Virus record (IMG/VR): IMGVR_UViG_3300025122_000006 | DNA from: a virus | Strand: one strand, 5' to 3' | DNA: 64,000 nucleotides | Part shown: in pieces, positions 20,762 to 30,500 of the stretch | How the letters are laid out: every line of letters starts with the position of its first letter | Numbering within the stretch: the stretch's first letter is position 1 | Position numbers and translations under genes: made by a program | Notes under the pieces: model-generated | Told to the model about the DNA's origin: nothing | The model's input: only the letters and a program-made list of their open reading frames with translations | Databases searched by the model: none

Positions 20762-22341
20762 TCTTCACTCACTCTAAACTTAAATTTATACGGCTGTTCT
20801 ATGTAACTATTAGAATCTTCATCAAAGAAAGAATAATAGATTTCGTATTGGTAACCTTCTTCAAGCATGCCAGTATCAAGTTTAAAGTAATTTCCGGAAA
20901 GATCATAAGAGAGGCCTGTATGATACAAAGAACCAGTTCCATATGCTATGACAATTTCATCATCAATCGCTCTTTTAATCTGATAAGACGAACTCTCTAT
21001 AAGAAGGCTGGGAACAGAATTTCTTATCGCTACATTATAAATATTTGGTGACCAATCCTTTTCTCTAACATAAAGTCTAAGCTTTGGAGTTTCACTTTTT
21101 CTATATTGATCTCGTAAGCTTGGCATTGAAAGTGTATATTTTTGATCCTCAGTAAAATCAGACGAATCGAAAGTTTTCGGTGTGATAGAACCAGTATGAA
21201 ATTGAAGGGCTGCGGTTTTTGCTGAAGTTACCGGGCCACTTCCACTATACCAAACATCAAAAACCCTATCTAACTGTGCAGAGCCAGTAAAAGCAACAGA
21301 GGCAGAGTATATACCAGTAGAAACATAGCCTCCAGTAACAGCATGTTGAAAGCCAGATTCGGATGCCACGCCGCCAGATATACTTAGCCTGAGAGCATCG
21401 CCATAAGGAGCAGAGTTGTCTGACGATCCGGAAAATAAACTAACAAAAATTAAATTTTTACCAATGCTAGGAATGTTTCTCAACCTTCCCCTAACATAAT
21501 TGTAAAGATATATTGTATTCATGTTGTCTGAGGCTGGCGCGACAGAACTACTAAAATAAAAATTGCCACGGTCATCCCTTTTTGAGTCATCCCACCTTGC
21601 TTCTAAAACAGGTTTCTTAAAGAAAAATTCAGAATCTCTACCGAAAAATCTTTTGGTATAATATGAATCAGTAGAGCCAGTGGCGTTATGAATTACGCTC
21701 CCCGATTCATTATTGTCACCGGTGTCAAAAAAGCCCAAAGATGATGAAGCCTGTGCTTCATAGGAGCTGCTTAATTTGATGAGAAATCCGTAATTTGATC
21801 TTGTACCATCAATCCACTGTTCTACAAAATCAGAAACGTTTATTGTTAAATCCTCAAAACCAGTTTCAAGTGCTTGTACAGCAGGGAGGGATGAATGAGT
21901 GTCGCCACCGACATTAGTCCAGCCCTCGGTACTAGAAGCCGAGAGCCAATTAGAGCCAATATTATTCTTGGTCAAATCTTTATAGGTCTCCATGTCTAAT
22001 CCGTAACCTTCTTCCCACTCTCGAGATACAGACAACACCTCCATTTTAAAATCTCTTGGTGTTGTTCTAGAATGCGGAGCATCATACATTTTGAGATACC
22101 AAGTGACCGATCCTGAAGCTGCTAATTTATCAGCGTTTCTATCGGCTATTATATCATTTGTATTGAATTGAATTAAAACCCTTGATAATTCTGAGGACGC
22201 CGAAGAGGCGCCGCCATAAATGGAAAAAACCTCTAGAATATCAGAGGCTCCCATATTTGATCCAGTGCCACGGGTTGACAAGTCTTCTTCAAAAGCATTT
22301 GTTATAGTATTGTCTTTCGTCGCGAAATATCTTCTGATCAT
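20758..22341 (-). CDS. Virion protein with DNRLRE/CBM96-like N-terminal domain
   Basis: 527 aa. ATKDNTI...N.GASDILEV...SRVLIQF...W...NYGFLIK...KPVLEARW pattern. Confidence 0.55.
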   Translation of the reverse strand: MIRRYFATKDNTITNAFEEDLSTRGTGSNMGASDILEVFSIYGGASSASSELSRVLIQFNTNDIIADRNADKLAASGSVTWYLKMYDAPHSRTTPRDFKMEVLSVSREWEEGYGLDMETYKDLTKNNIGSNWLSASSTEGWTNVGGDTHSSLPAVQALETGFEDLTINVSDFVEQWIDGTRSNYGFLIKLSSSYEAQASSSLGFFDTGDNNESGSVIHNATGSTDSYYTKRFFGRDSEFFFKKPVLEARWDDSKRDDRGNFYFSSSVAPASDNMNTIYLYNYVRGRLRNIPSIGKNLIFVSLFSGSSDNSAPYGDALRLSISGGVASESGFQHAVTGGYVSTGIYSASVAFTGSAQLDRVFDVWYSGSGPVTSAKTAALQFHTGSITPKTFDSSDFTEDQKYTLSMPSLRDQYRKSETPKLRLYVREKDWSPNIYNVAIRNSVPSLLIESSSYQIKRAIDDEIVIAYGTGSLYHTGLSYDLSGNYFKLDTGMLEEGYQYEIYYSFFDEDSNSYIEQPYKFKFRVSEE

Positions 22342-24134
22342 TGAGTTGTTCCTCTTATATCAGTGTTAAAATTTAAAATCTCTAAAACAACATTCCTAGG
22401 TGTTTTCAAATATGTTCCGTTTTTTGACTTCATTTGATTAATAGAAACAGGAGCACTTGAATACTTTGTTCCTGTCATTAATTTCATTTTTACATTTTCA
22501 GTATCGACTACGCCCTCTACTTTATTTATTATATTGTAAATTTTCGTTATATAAAAAGGTTCACCAATAAATAATTTATCTGTTAATTCAGATCTAAGTT
22601 TACTGTATACAGTAGACAAAACCTCAAGTTTATCTCTTGTTGATTCAACAGTTATTTTAAAATCAAAGCCAATGTTCAATATTTTTGCATCATAAATATC
22701 AATCGAATCATTTATCATTTTATTCTTGTTTAACCAAATTTTTAAATTTTCTTTAACTGTTGAGTTTAAAGCTGCTAAGTTCCCAGCACTATCCTCACCT
22801 ATTACATAAAGAGATATTCTGCGGTTACTTGATGATGGATCATTTACCACATTAACTCTTTTTATGCTGCCAAATTTCGCCGGCATCATATAACAATACA
22901 CTTCATAATCATTTTTAGTAACGCTTCGATTTTGAGCAGCGTAAACAGCGTAAGATCTATAACGAATTTCCTGGGCTGTTGGTAAAGAAGTGTTTCCCAC
23001 TATTGGTTTATCATTTGCGACCTCCAATGAATTACGCACTAAATTTTGATTGACAGTTGAGGTGCTTGAAACTGCATTTACAAAATCGAAGGAAGAAATA
23101 GATATTAAATTTATTTCGCCGGCATTTATATTAATAGAATCTGAATCATTAGAATAATATAATACAGTCAAAGTCGTATTAGATGGTACAACACCAAGAG
23201 TATTTGTATCAAGTAATTTTGTGGGGTCAAAGGCATAATCGGAAATATAAGGTCGCCCAGACATTCTTAAAGATATTTGTGAAGGGTCTGCTATATCTGT
23301 TATGTTTTTTTCTTCATCAGAACCGTATCCAAATTGTAAATAAGTGCCTGTTGAATCTTGCGCTAATACAAACCTTCTAGGGACTATCTTAGGTTTTAAA
23401 ATAGAACGGACACCATCTCGTCTTGCCTTTGGGTTTGTTGTCTCAACATAAACAACATCTTGAGACAGATGATCAACTTCATAATATTCACGCCCTTCCG
23501 TATCAATCACAGATTTAATTTCTGCTATTGACCCTGGGCCAACTCTAACTTTTTGAAATCTTGTATAATCACTAACATCAACAGTGGTTCTGAATAAAAC
23601 TGTTGATTTTATTTGTCCTTGAGCTCGAATAGCATATTCGGTGGGCTTTCCTGTTGTCTCTGAAAATCTAGAGGCTACTATTTCGTTCTTCTGATCATTG
23701 AAATCCACATCTTCGGCTAAAACGAATGTTGTACCAGTTTGGGCTTTAATTTCAGTTCCCGTTTTCAAAATTGGAATATGTTCAATATCAGGACCCAGAC
23801 CAGAAGAGTTCGCAGGCACCCTAACATAAAAAGAAACTATCCCAAAGGCGGCTGGTCGGCCGGCAAATTTATAGCCATATTGTTTTGCTAGTCTCCTTAC
23901 ATTATCATATTCTACTGCTGTTTGTAGAAAAGATTCGTTTACTTGATAATCTAAATAAAAGGATAGCATATCTCCGACATACGAAACGGCATCTAAAACA
24001 TATGATCCAAATGAATTTTCTGAAAAATCTTTATAAGTATCTGGATAATACGTTTTTGCGTGTTGTTCTAAATCCTTTTTAATTGAATTAAAATCTCTAT
24101 TTGTATAATTGACTAAAATTTTTTTATCTGGCAT
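22338..24134 (-). CDS. gp6: Baseplate wedge subunit (T4 gp6 / baseplate J-like)
   Basis: 598 aa. YTNRDFNSIKKDL, GDMLSFYLD, NESFLQTA, AQNRSVTKNDY; directly downstream of gp25. Confidence 0.9.
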   Translation of the reverse strand: MPDKKILVNYTNRDFNSIKKDLEQHAKTYYPDTYKDFSENSFGSYVLDAVSYVGDMLSFYLDYQVNESFLQTAVEYDNVRRLAKQYGYKFAGRPAAFGIVSFYVRVPANSSGLGPDIEHIPILKTGTEIKAQTGTTFVLAEDVDFNDQKNEIVASRFSETTGKPTEYAIRAQGQIKSTVLFRTTVDVSDYTRFQKVRVGPGSIAEIKSVIDTEGREYYEVDHLSQDVVYVETTNPKARRDGVRSILKPKIVPRRFVLAQDSTGTYLQFGYGSDEEKNITDIADPSQISLRMSGRPYISDYAFDPTKLLDTNTLGVVPSNTTLTVLYYSNDSDSININAGEINLISISSFDFVNAVSSTSTVNQNLVRNSLEVANDKPIVGNTSLPTAQEIRYRSYAVYAAQNRSVTKNDYEVYCYMMPAKFGSIKRVNVVNDPSSSNRRISLYVIGEDSAGNLAALNSTVKENLKIWLNKNKMINDSIDIYDAKILNIGFDFKITVESTRDKLEVLSTVYSKLRSELTDKLFIGEPFYITKIYNIINKVEGVVDTENVKMKLMTGTKYSSAPVSINQMKSKNGTYLKTPRNVVLEILNFNTDIRGTTQ

Positions 24135-24135
24135 T

Positions 24136-24537
24136 TTAATAGAATCCTATTTCTTGTGTTTGTTTTAGATTTAAATCAAATACTTGTTGTTCAAAGTTTC
24201 CTGGTATTGAATAAGTAATTCTTAATTTTAAAGTATTTTCATCTATCTCCGCAGAATCAGCTGCTACTCGTATATCTTCCACCGAAAGATATGGAAGATA
24301 TCGAGAGATTTGTCCTGAAACCCTAGATTGAATTAGGGATCTCACCGATTCAACATTTTGTTCAAAAAGAAATTGTCTTATGCCGACACCGTATCCAGGA
24401 TCACTAATGTTCTCTCCGGGGTGAGTTAGCAATAAATTTTTTAAATAAAATGAAACTTGATGTTTCGCATCGTCATAAAGTTCATATGTATCTTCGTTCC
24501 CTCTTTTCAAAGGCCATCTAGGTCCGTAAAGTGGCAT
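24136..24537 (-). CDS. gp25: Baseplate wedge / sheath initiator gp25 (GPW_gp25)
   Basis: 133 aa. LKNLLLTHPGE...P.YGVGI..FLFE...ISRYLPYL. Confidence 0.9.
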   Translation of the reverse strand: MPLYGPRWPLKRGNEDTYELYDDAKHQVSFYLKNLLLTHPGENISDPGYGVGIRQFLFEQNVESVRSLIQSRVSGQISRYLPYLSVEDIRVAADSAEIDENTLKLRITYSIPGNFEQQVFDLNLKQTQEIGFY

Positions 24538-24553
24538 CTTTAAAATCCTCTTT

Positions 24554-24568
24554 TAAATAATTAGATCT
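24554..24568 (-). promoter_or_regulatory. Putative phage late promoter AGATCTAATTATTTA
   Basis: 15 bp identical to 34365-34379; intergenic, upstream of the gp25 RBS. Confidence 0.6.
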
Positions 24569-27500
24569 TAAAACAAATCTTTCAATGGATTAGTACATTC
24601 CTCTCCATTTGCATCATAAGGGTTTGCTATAATTCTTCTTCTTTGTAATAAAGGAATTTTTGGTATCAAATTTGCTAAAGACATTTCATCAAAAGGGTTG
24701 TCAACTTCAAGGCGACCGTCTGAATCTTCTCGATCTGGATGTAATCCATCAGAGTCATTAGATAAATAGAGGCCTGCGAATTGTCTTCTTAGCATCCTCT
24801 TAGCTCTTTTATTATAAACTCCGTCACTCTCGTCTTCAGGGTCGGCGGGGTCTATTGCGTCAATGTCTCTCTCTATGAACTCAGTAGGATCATCTGACGT
24901 GCCGAAGCCTAAAGCAAAGGGCCAATTGTGCATGCAATAAATCGCAGCCATAGAAGAAATCATGCTTGTAGAAAAAACTTTATCAAACATCAAGGTATAA
25001 ATTGGATTAGCTTGAACCTTGCTAACCATACAAGCTAAATCATAACTTTTGAGAGGATCAAAAGTGTCTAGGTTCTGATCAATTACCAAAATTTCCTCTG
25101 AAACCAGTGGGAGTATTAAATTGCCATCGTTAAACATTAGAGCCTTAGAAGCTTTGGATTTTCTTGTTAATTCAGAAGTAGAATCAATATTATATTTGCC
25201 TTTTGGAGGGATGATACTTATTCTTATACCGTAATATACCCCGGTATCACCAACTACACCAGCAGGACTCAATTCTTCATTAACATCTAAATTCTTTTTA
25301 GATATTAAAATAGTAAAGCCAGGTGGATCTCTGCCCAATAAATATTTTTGATGAAAACCAACAATTTCTTCTTCAAGATCAGGATTCAATGTAATAAATT
25401 CTTGCAGCATTCTATCATTAATAAAAGCTCTCTTGCTTGTTGATTTTTTTTCATAAAAACTCTTTATATTTTTCTTATAGACAAATTCTAGATCACCAAA
25501 ACAATCTGATAATCTAAAATCCCCTAAGCCTTCTTGACTTAGACTTGCTTTAAATTCGTTAAATTTTTCCGGAGAAATAATCCCCCTATACTCGTCAAGC
25601 CTGTTTAAAATAAAATCCGGAACAGGCTTATAAGATCCGTCTAGCTGGATCTTACTAGGGGGACCCTCCCTTAATCTAATATATTTCTCAACTATAAATG
25701 TGGCCTTAGAAGCATCAGGTACATCAAAAGACATATTGTTTTCCGAGACACTAGGAATATTACCAGGGTCGCCGTCATTTTCATGACTTGCTAGTCCAAT
25801 TCTAGAATTTGACATAGGAAATATTTTTTCCATACCAAGTAAATATTTTTTCGCATCGGAAATTGTTGGTGCCACAGACATTTCACCTGAAAATCTATCA
25901 GACAATATTCTTATTTCCGACTTCATCATCTCCGACAAAATCAAAATACACTCTCTTTCTACTATTCTTATGGCCAATATTTTTGTAAAAAATCTCAATT
26001 TTTTTAATCTAAATCTTTTTTTGCGCCTAATTTTCACCTCATCCTCAGCTTTAAACATATTATCTCCATATATTCTAAAAGCGGCGGCGGCATGATAAAA
26101 ATATGAAATATCTGTTATGTCATCAGGGTGCATTTCTGCTCCGGGACATCGAAAAGTGTAGTCTACGTTTAAAAATTTTCTTTTTAATTTTCTAGTTGGA
26201 TATACATAGTTTTTTTGAACCTGGTATATGATATCCAACGCCGATTGAATTTCGATTGGTGGTTTCAGCCCATCAACATCTATCATCCTCTGATAGGCCT
26301 GAACAGTCTGTTCTAAAAAAGTATACCAGTAATTTGATCTTTTTATTCTTATGCGACGGCTGGATCTTGCGGATCCTAGTCCGGTCATGGTTTCTTTCAT
26401 CTTATTTACCATATACGTCGTACAAGCTAAATCATAATTATTTTCAGAAAACTTGAGGTTGGTAAAAATTCCTAAGCCTAATAAAAAATATTCTGCTGCA
26501 TATGTGCGTAAAGTCGTTCTAACCACGCCATCTAAAGAAGCATGCGTTTTAGAATGTAGTAAGTGGTTGAACGGCCTAATAGAAATACAATCAGGGTCTT
26601 CAGCTAATCGCGAATCTTCTTGTAATCCATTCTTTAATTTATTAACTCTTTGTCCTATATCCTTAAATGCAAGAGCACCAGGGGTCTTAGGTTCACAGCC
26701 CTCATAGCCACCAAATAAAACTTGAGAAGTATCTAGCCAGCCAGTATAAGTCAAAGGCTTGATATGTATTGGCGGTCTTCTATAAGTACCTCCGTATACT
26801 TCGGGATCCAGAACCACGATCCTAGAATTGTTATATACTCCTAATATTTTTTCAGCGTTTCGTAAATTATATTCAGCTTTTCCATCCGGATTATAATAAA
26901 CAAAGTCATCTTCTATTAAGCTATCGGGCTTATAACCAAATCGAAAGCCATATGGAATATCATTATCCGGATCAATAAAAACACTATCTTTTACTGATTT
27001 AGTGAATTCTTCGATGGTAGAATCAAACAAAGATTTATAATCTTGAGAGCCAATTAAATCCGAATAATTATAATTTAAAAATTTATCAAACACATATTGC
27101 CTCATATTATTTTCCTTGTCCACACCATAGTTGATATTGATAGCGCTTAATACACCCACTTGTTCATCAGAAAGCTCTATTGGTATAATTGAGGAATAAT
27201 CTGCTTCATATGAAGGGTCGTCTTTACTAATATTTTCGGTCACAGATGAATAATAATCGAAATAACCAGGATTAACAGAATGATAAGTAACATTTGAATA
27301 AGATTCGTAATAAACCCTATTTCTTTTTGGCAAAATATCTTTATTATCTTTCTGATCATTGACAAATCTTAAAAATATATTATGTTCTTTGTTTCCGTCG
27401 TTCTTACTAACAGCTTCTTCAGTCAATATTTCATCTATACGAAATCCTGGGCTATATGGTTCAGACTTTATTTTTTCTGTAGAAAATCCAGCGCTAGATT

Positions 27501-30500
27501 TGATTTCAAAATTGTCTTCCTTTGAGGCTTCATCTCTCAATTTTATACATACTGTCTCTGGAAAAATTCCTTCCGGGTCGGGTTTTCCGGTACCTTCACT
27601 TGTAAGTTTCATCGTAGCTTGTAATATTTTCCCAGCGTCGGCATATTTTATTTCATGTTCATCTGGATGATTGGCGTAATTCGACCACAAATGAGTTCTT
27701 TTAACTCTTAAAATATGAAAAAACAAAGTCTTATCGTTCATATCTCGTAGCGCTTCGTTAAAAATCCCGCCTCGTCCTAAAAAACTTCGTTTTATAATTC
27801 TATTGAGTGCCTCAAACTCTTCTTCTGTATCTGTCCTTTCCTGGTCTTTTTCGAATTCGGACTGTTGATTTTGTATAATATCATCACAACACTCTTCATC
27901 ATTGTCATATATATCGTCAATCCCAGCATCTTCAGCTAATTTGCCGCAATCATCATCGGCGTCGGTGTGCAGCCCGAACAGGTCAGCCACGGGCGCAGTG
28001 AACAAACCGGGGCCGTCCAAAGCAGCTTTATCATCCATAAAGTCTGCCAGAGCCTCTTCGGTCAAATCGTTTAGTCGATTGACTTGGGCAAATGCATCTT
28101 CACGAGAAAGTCCTTTGTCTCTAAGCAATTGCTCTCTCAATTTGTTCCATTCATCTAACTGTTCATTTGTTAAACAAATAGCGCTACTAATTGGAAGATT
28201 TGGGATGCCCTCATCAAGCATGTCCTGTATTCTTTCTTTATCTTCTGATGATAAAAAACTACCAACTGTCCAGAAAAAATAGCTAACCTTGCCTGGTGAT
28301 CCGAGCAATACCTCTAATTCCGGTGCAAGTGTATTAATCGCAGTCGCTATTCTATCATTTAATTCATCGTCGGGCTCATCAGAAGTTATAGCATTTAATA
28401 ATTCATCTTGAGCAGCGAGACCAGATATTAAATTTGTGGCTTTGGCGGCATGGAGACCGAATAAAGAATCAGAAATAGCCCTGGCATTTTCATATCCAGG
28501 ATCGGGTCCACAAAATGCTGCATCTAAAGCTTTATAGAAAGAATCCTCTAAATTTTTAGATCCGAGGCTCTCAGCGGCAAGACCACCGATAGTTTCTAGT
28601 GCTTTACAAAAAGCGCTCTCGAGGCTATCAAGAATTTTTTTGAACATATCTACTAAAAGTTTAGTAAATAATTCTTGTAATTTCTTTCTGACTTCGTCCC
28701 TAACTTTTTTTCTGAGCGAATATCTCCAATTAGTAGGAGGCATGACTAGTTTCGGAAAGGAAATCTGGAGAGTCGGATCACAAATATCGACTTTCAAAGA
28801 ATTTAAAAATTCTGCCGGCGGTGGATAAAATAGAGGTTGGCTTGGGCATGGCTTTATTAGCGTCTCTAAAAGATTTATGACAAGATCGGGAATTGGAAAC
28901 TGTTTTAGCATTTCAAATAAGTTTGTTGATGGGATAAAATCAAATAAAGATTCTATGGCTTCAACTAATACAGCACCAATCAATTTATTTACTTTTACGC
29001 CCAAATTTGTTTCTTCATAATCTTGAACAGCCTGTTCATACTCGCTTTTGCCTAGTGCTCCTATTTTTGTATTAACCAAGTCTACACCAGCGCCCCTACG
29101 TTGTTCCCGACCTTCAGCTCGGACTGCCCTCTTTTCTGCAGCATCTTCTTGAAGAGTTGAGCCTTCCAACAATGCTGGCTGGTTTAATAGACTAAGAAAT
29201 TTTTTCCGAGCAGCCTCTAATTCTTCTTTGTCTCTATCTTTTATTGCGGAACGAATATTTCGTCTTAAAAGTCTTTCATTATGTTTTTTATCTTTATCGT
29301 TTTCACCTTTGAAAGATTTCGCATCATAATCATAAACCTTATCAACTTCTAATTTCAATGCCCATATTCCAAAAGTTGTATCGCCGCCTTCCAAGAGATA
29401 AGCCACTTCTTCGAGATTTTGTGGAGACAAATCATCGGCGGGGAGGACGGATTTCCTTATCACATCCATGGCTCGATCTATTTCTGCTAACATCGGGCCC
29501 GAAACTGCTCTTAAATTTGCATTTGGCTGTTGTTCTAGCAAAAATCCAAGTAATTTCGCTACACCTAAACCCTTTCCAAATTGTTTCTGGATTTGTCTAT
29601 CGATCTCTCTTTTGATATTTGCCGGAAGCCCGTTAAGGAAGGCTTGAAAAACATATAGATCCATATATTCAAAGATCTTTCTTATGGCTGCATCAAGTAT
29701 TTTTTCTAAAGTCAAGCCTCCAGTTAAACATTTTATAACTGTTCCGCTTAATTTTGAAACACCGCAAACACCGAAAACAGCAAGAAAATCATTTAAACCC
29801 TCAACATCCTTAAGAGTATTAATATCTTTTTTTAATGTATCAACGATAGTAAATTCTTTCTCAAAAGTTGCCCGGAGTGCATCTTTTGTATCATGAGCCC
29901 AAGGAGAATTTGTAATTTTATCTCCAAATTTTTCTTCATTTGCAGCATATTTTTCTTCGGCTTCTTGTTTCGCAATTTCTCTCGTGCTTTCTACAGTTTC
30001 TGGGTATCTATTTTCAAAGCGTTGTCGAGTCCATGGAACATGGTCTTCATCGGCAGTTAGCTCGATATAATTGAAATTATCGACAATAATCTGTATTTCT
30101 TCGTTATAAATATCATTTGTAAATCGATCGACCATTTCTGCGCGTCGTTCTGCTGCTCTTTCGGCTTTTCTCTCTTTTCTGTTTTTCTTGTCTTTTTCCG
30201 CGGAGGCGCCATCCTCCACTGCTGCCTCTCTTTGTTTGCATGCTTCTTTTGCTCGTTCATATGCCCATATATCGGCAGCAGATAAAATGGTTTCTGTTAC
30301 AGAATCTATAAGGTTTCCATCGCCGAGTGCTAATTCCTGTTCCAAAAAACAAGCAAGAGCACTTTTTTGTTCTTCTGTGGCTGCTCCACTATTTAAACCA
30401 TAATCTGCTATCATTGTTGGATAGAAATATTCCAAAGTAAATTCAAGCCAAGGTTTTGTCTCTAGTGCCGTTAAATCAATTGTAATTTCATCAAGCCGAG

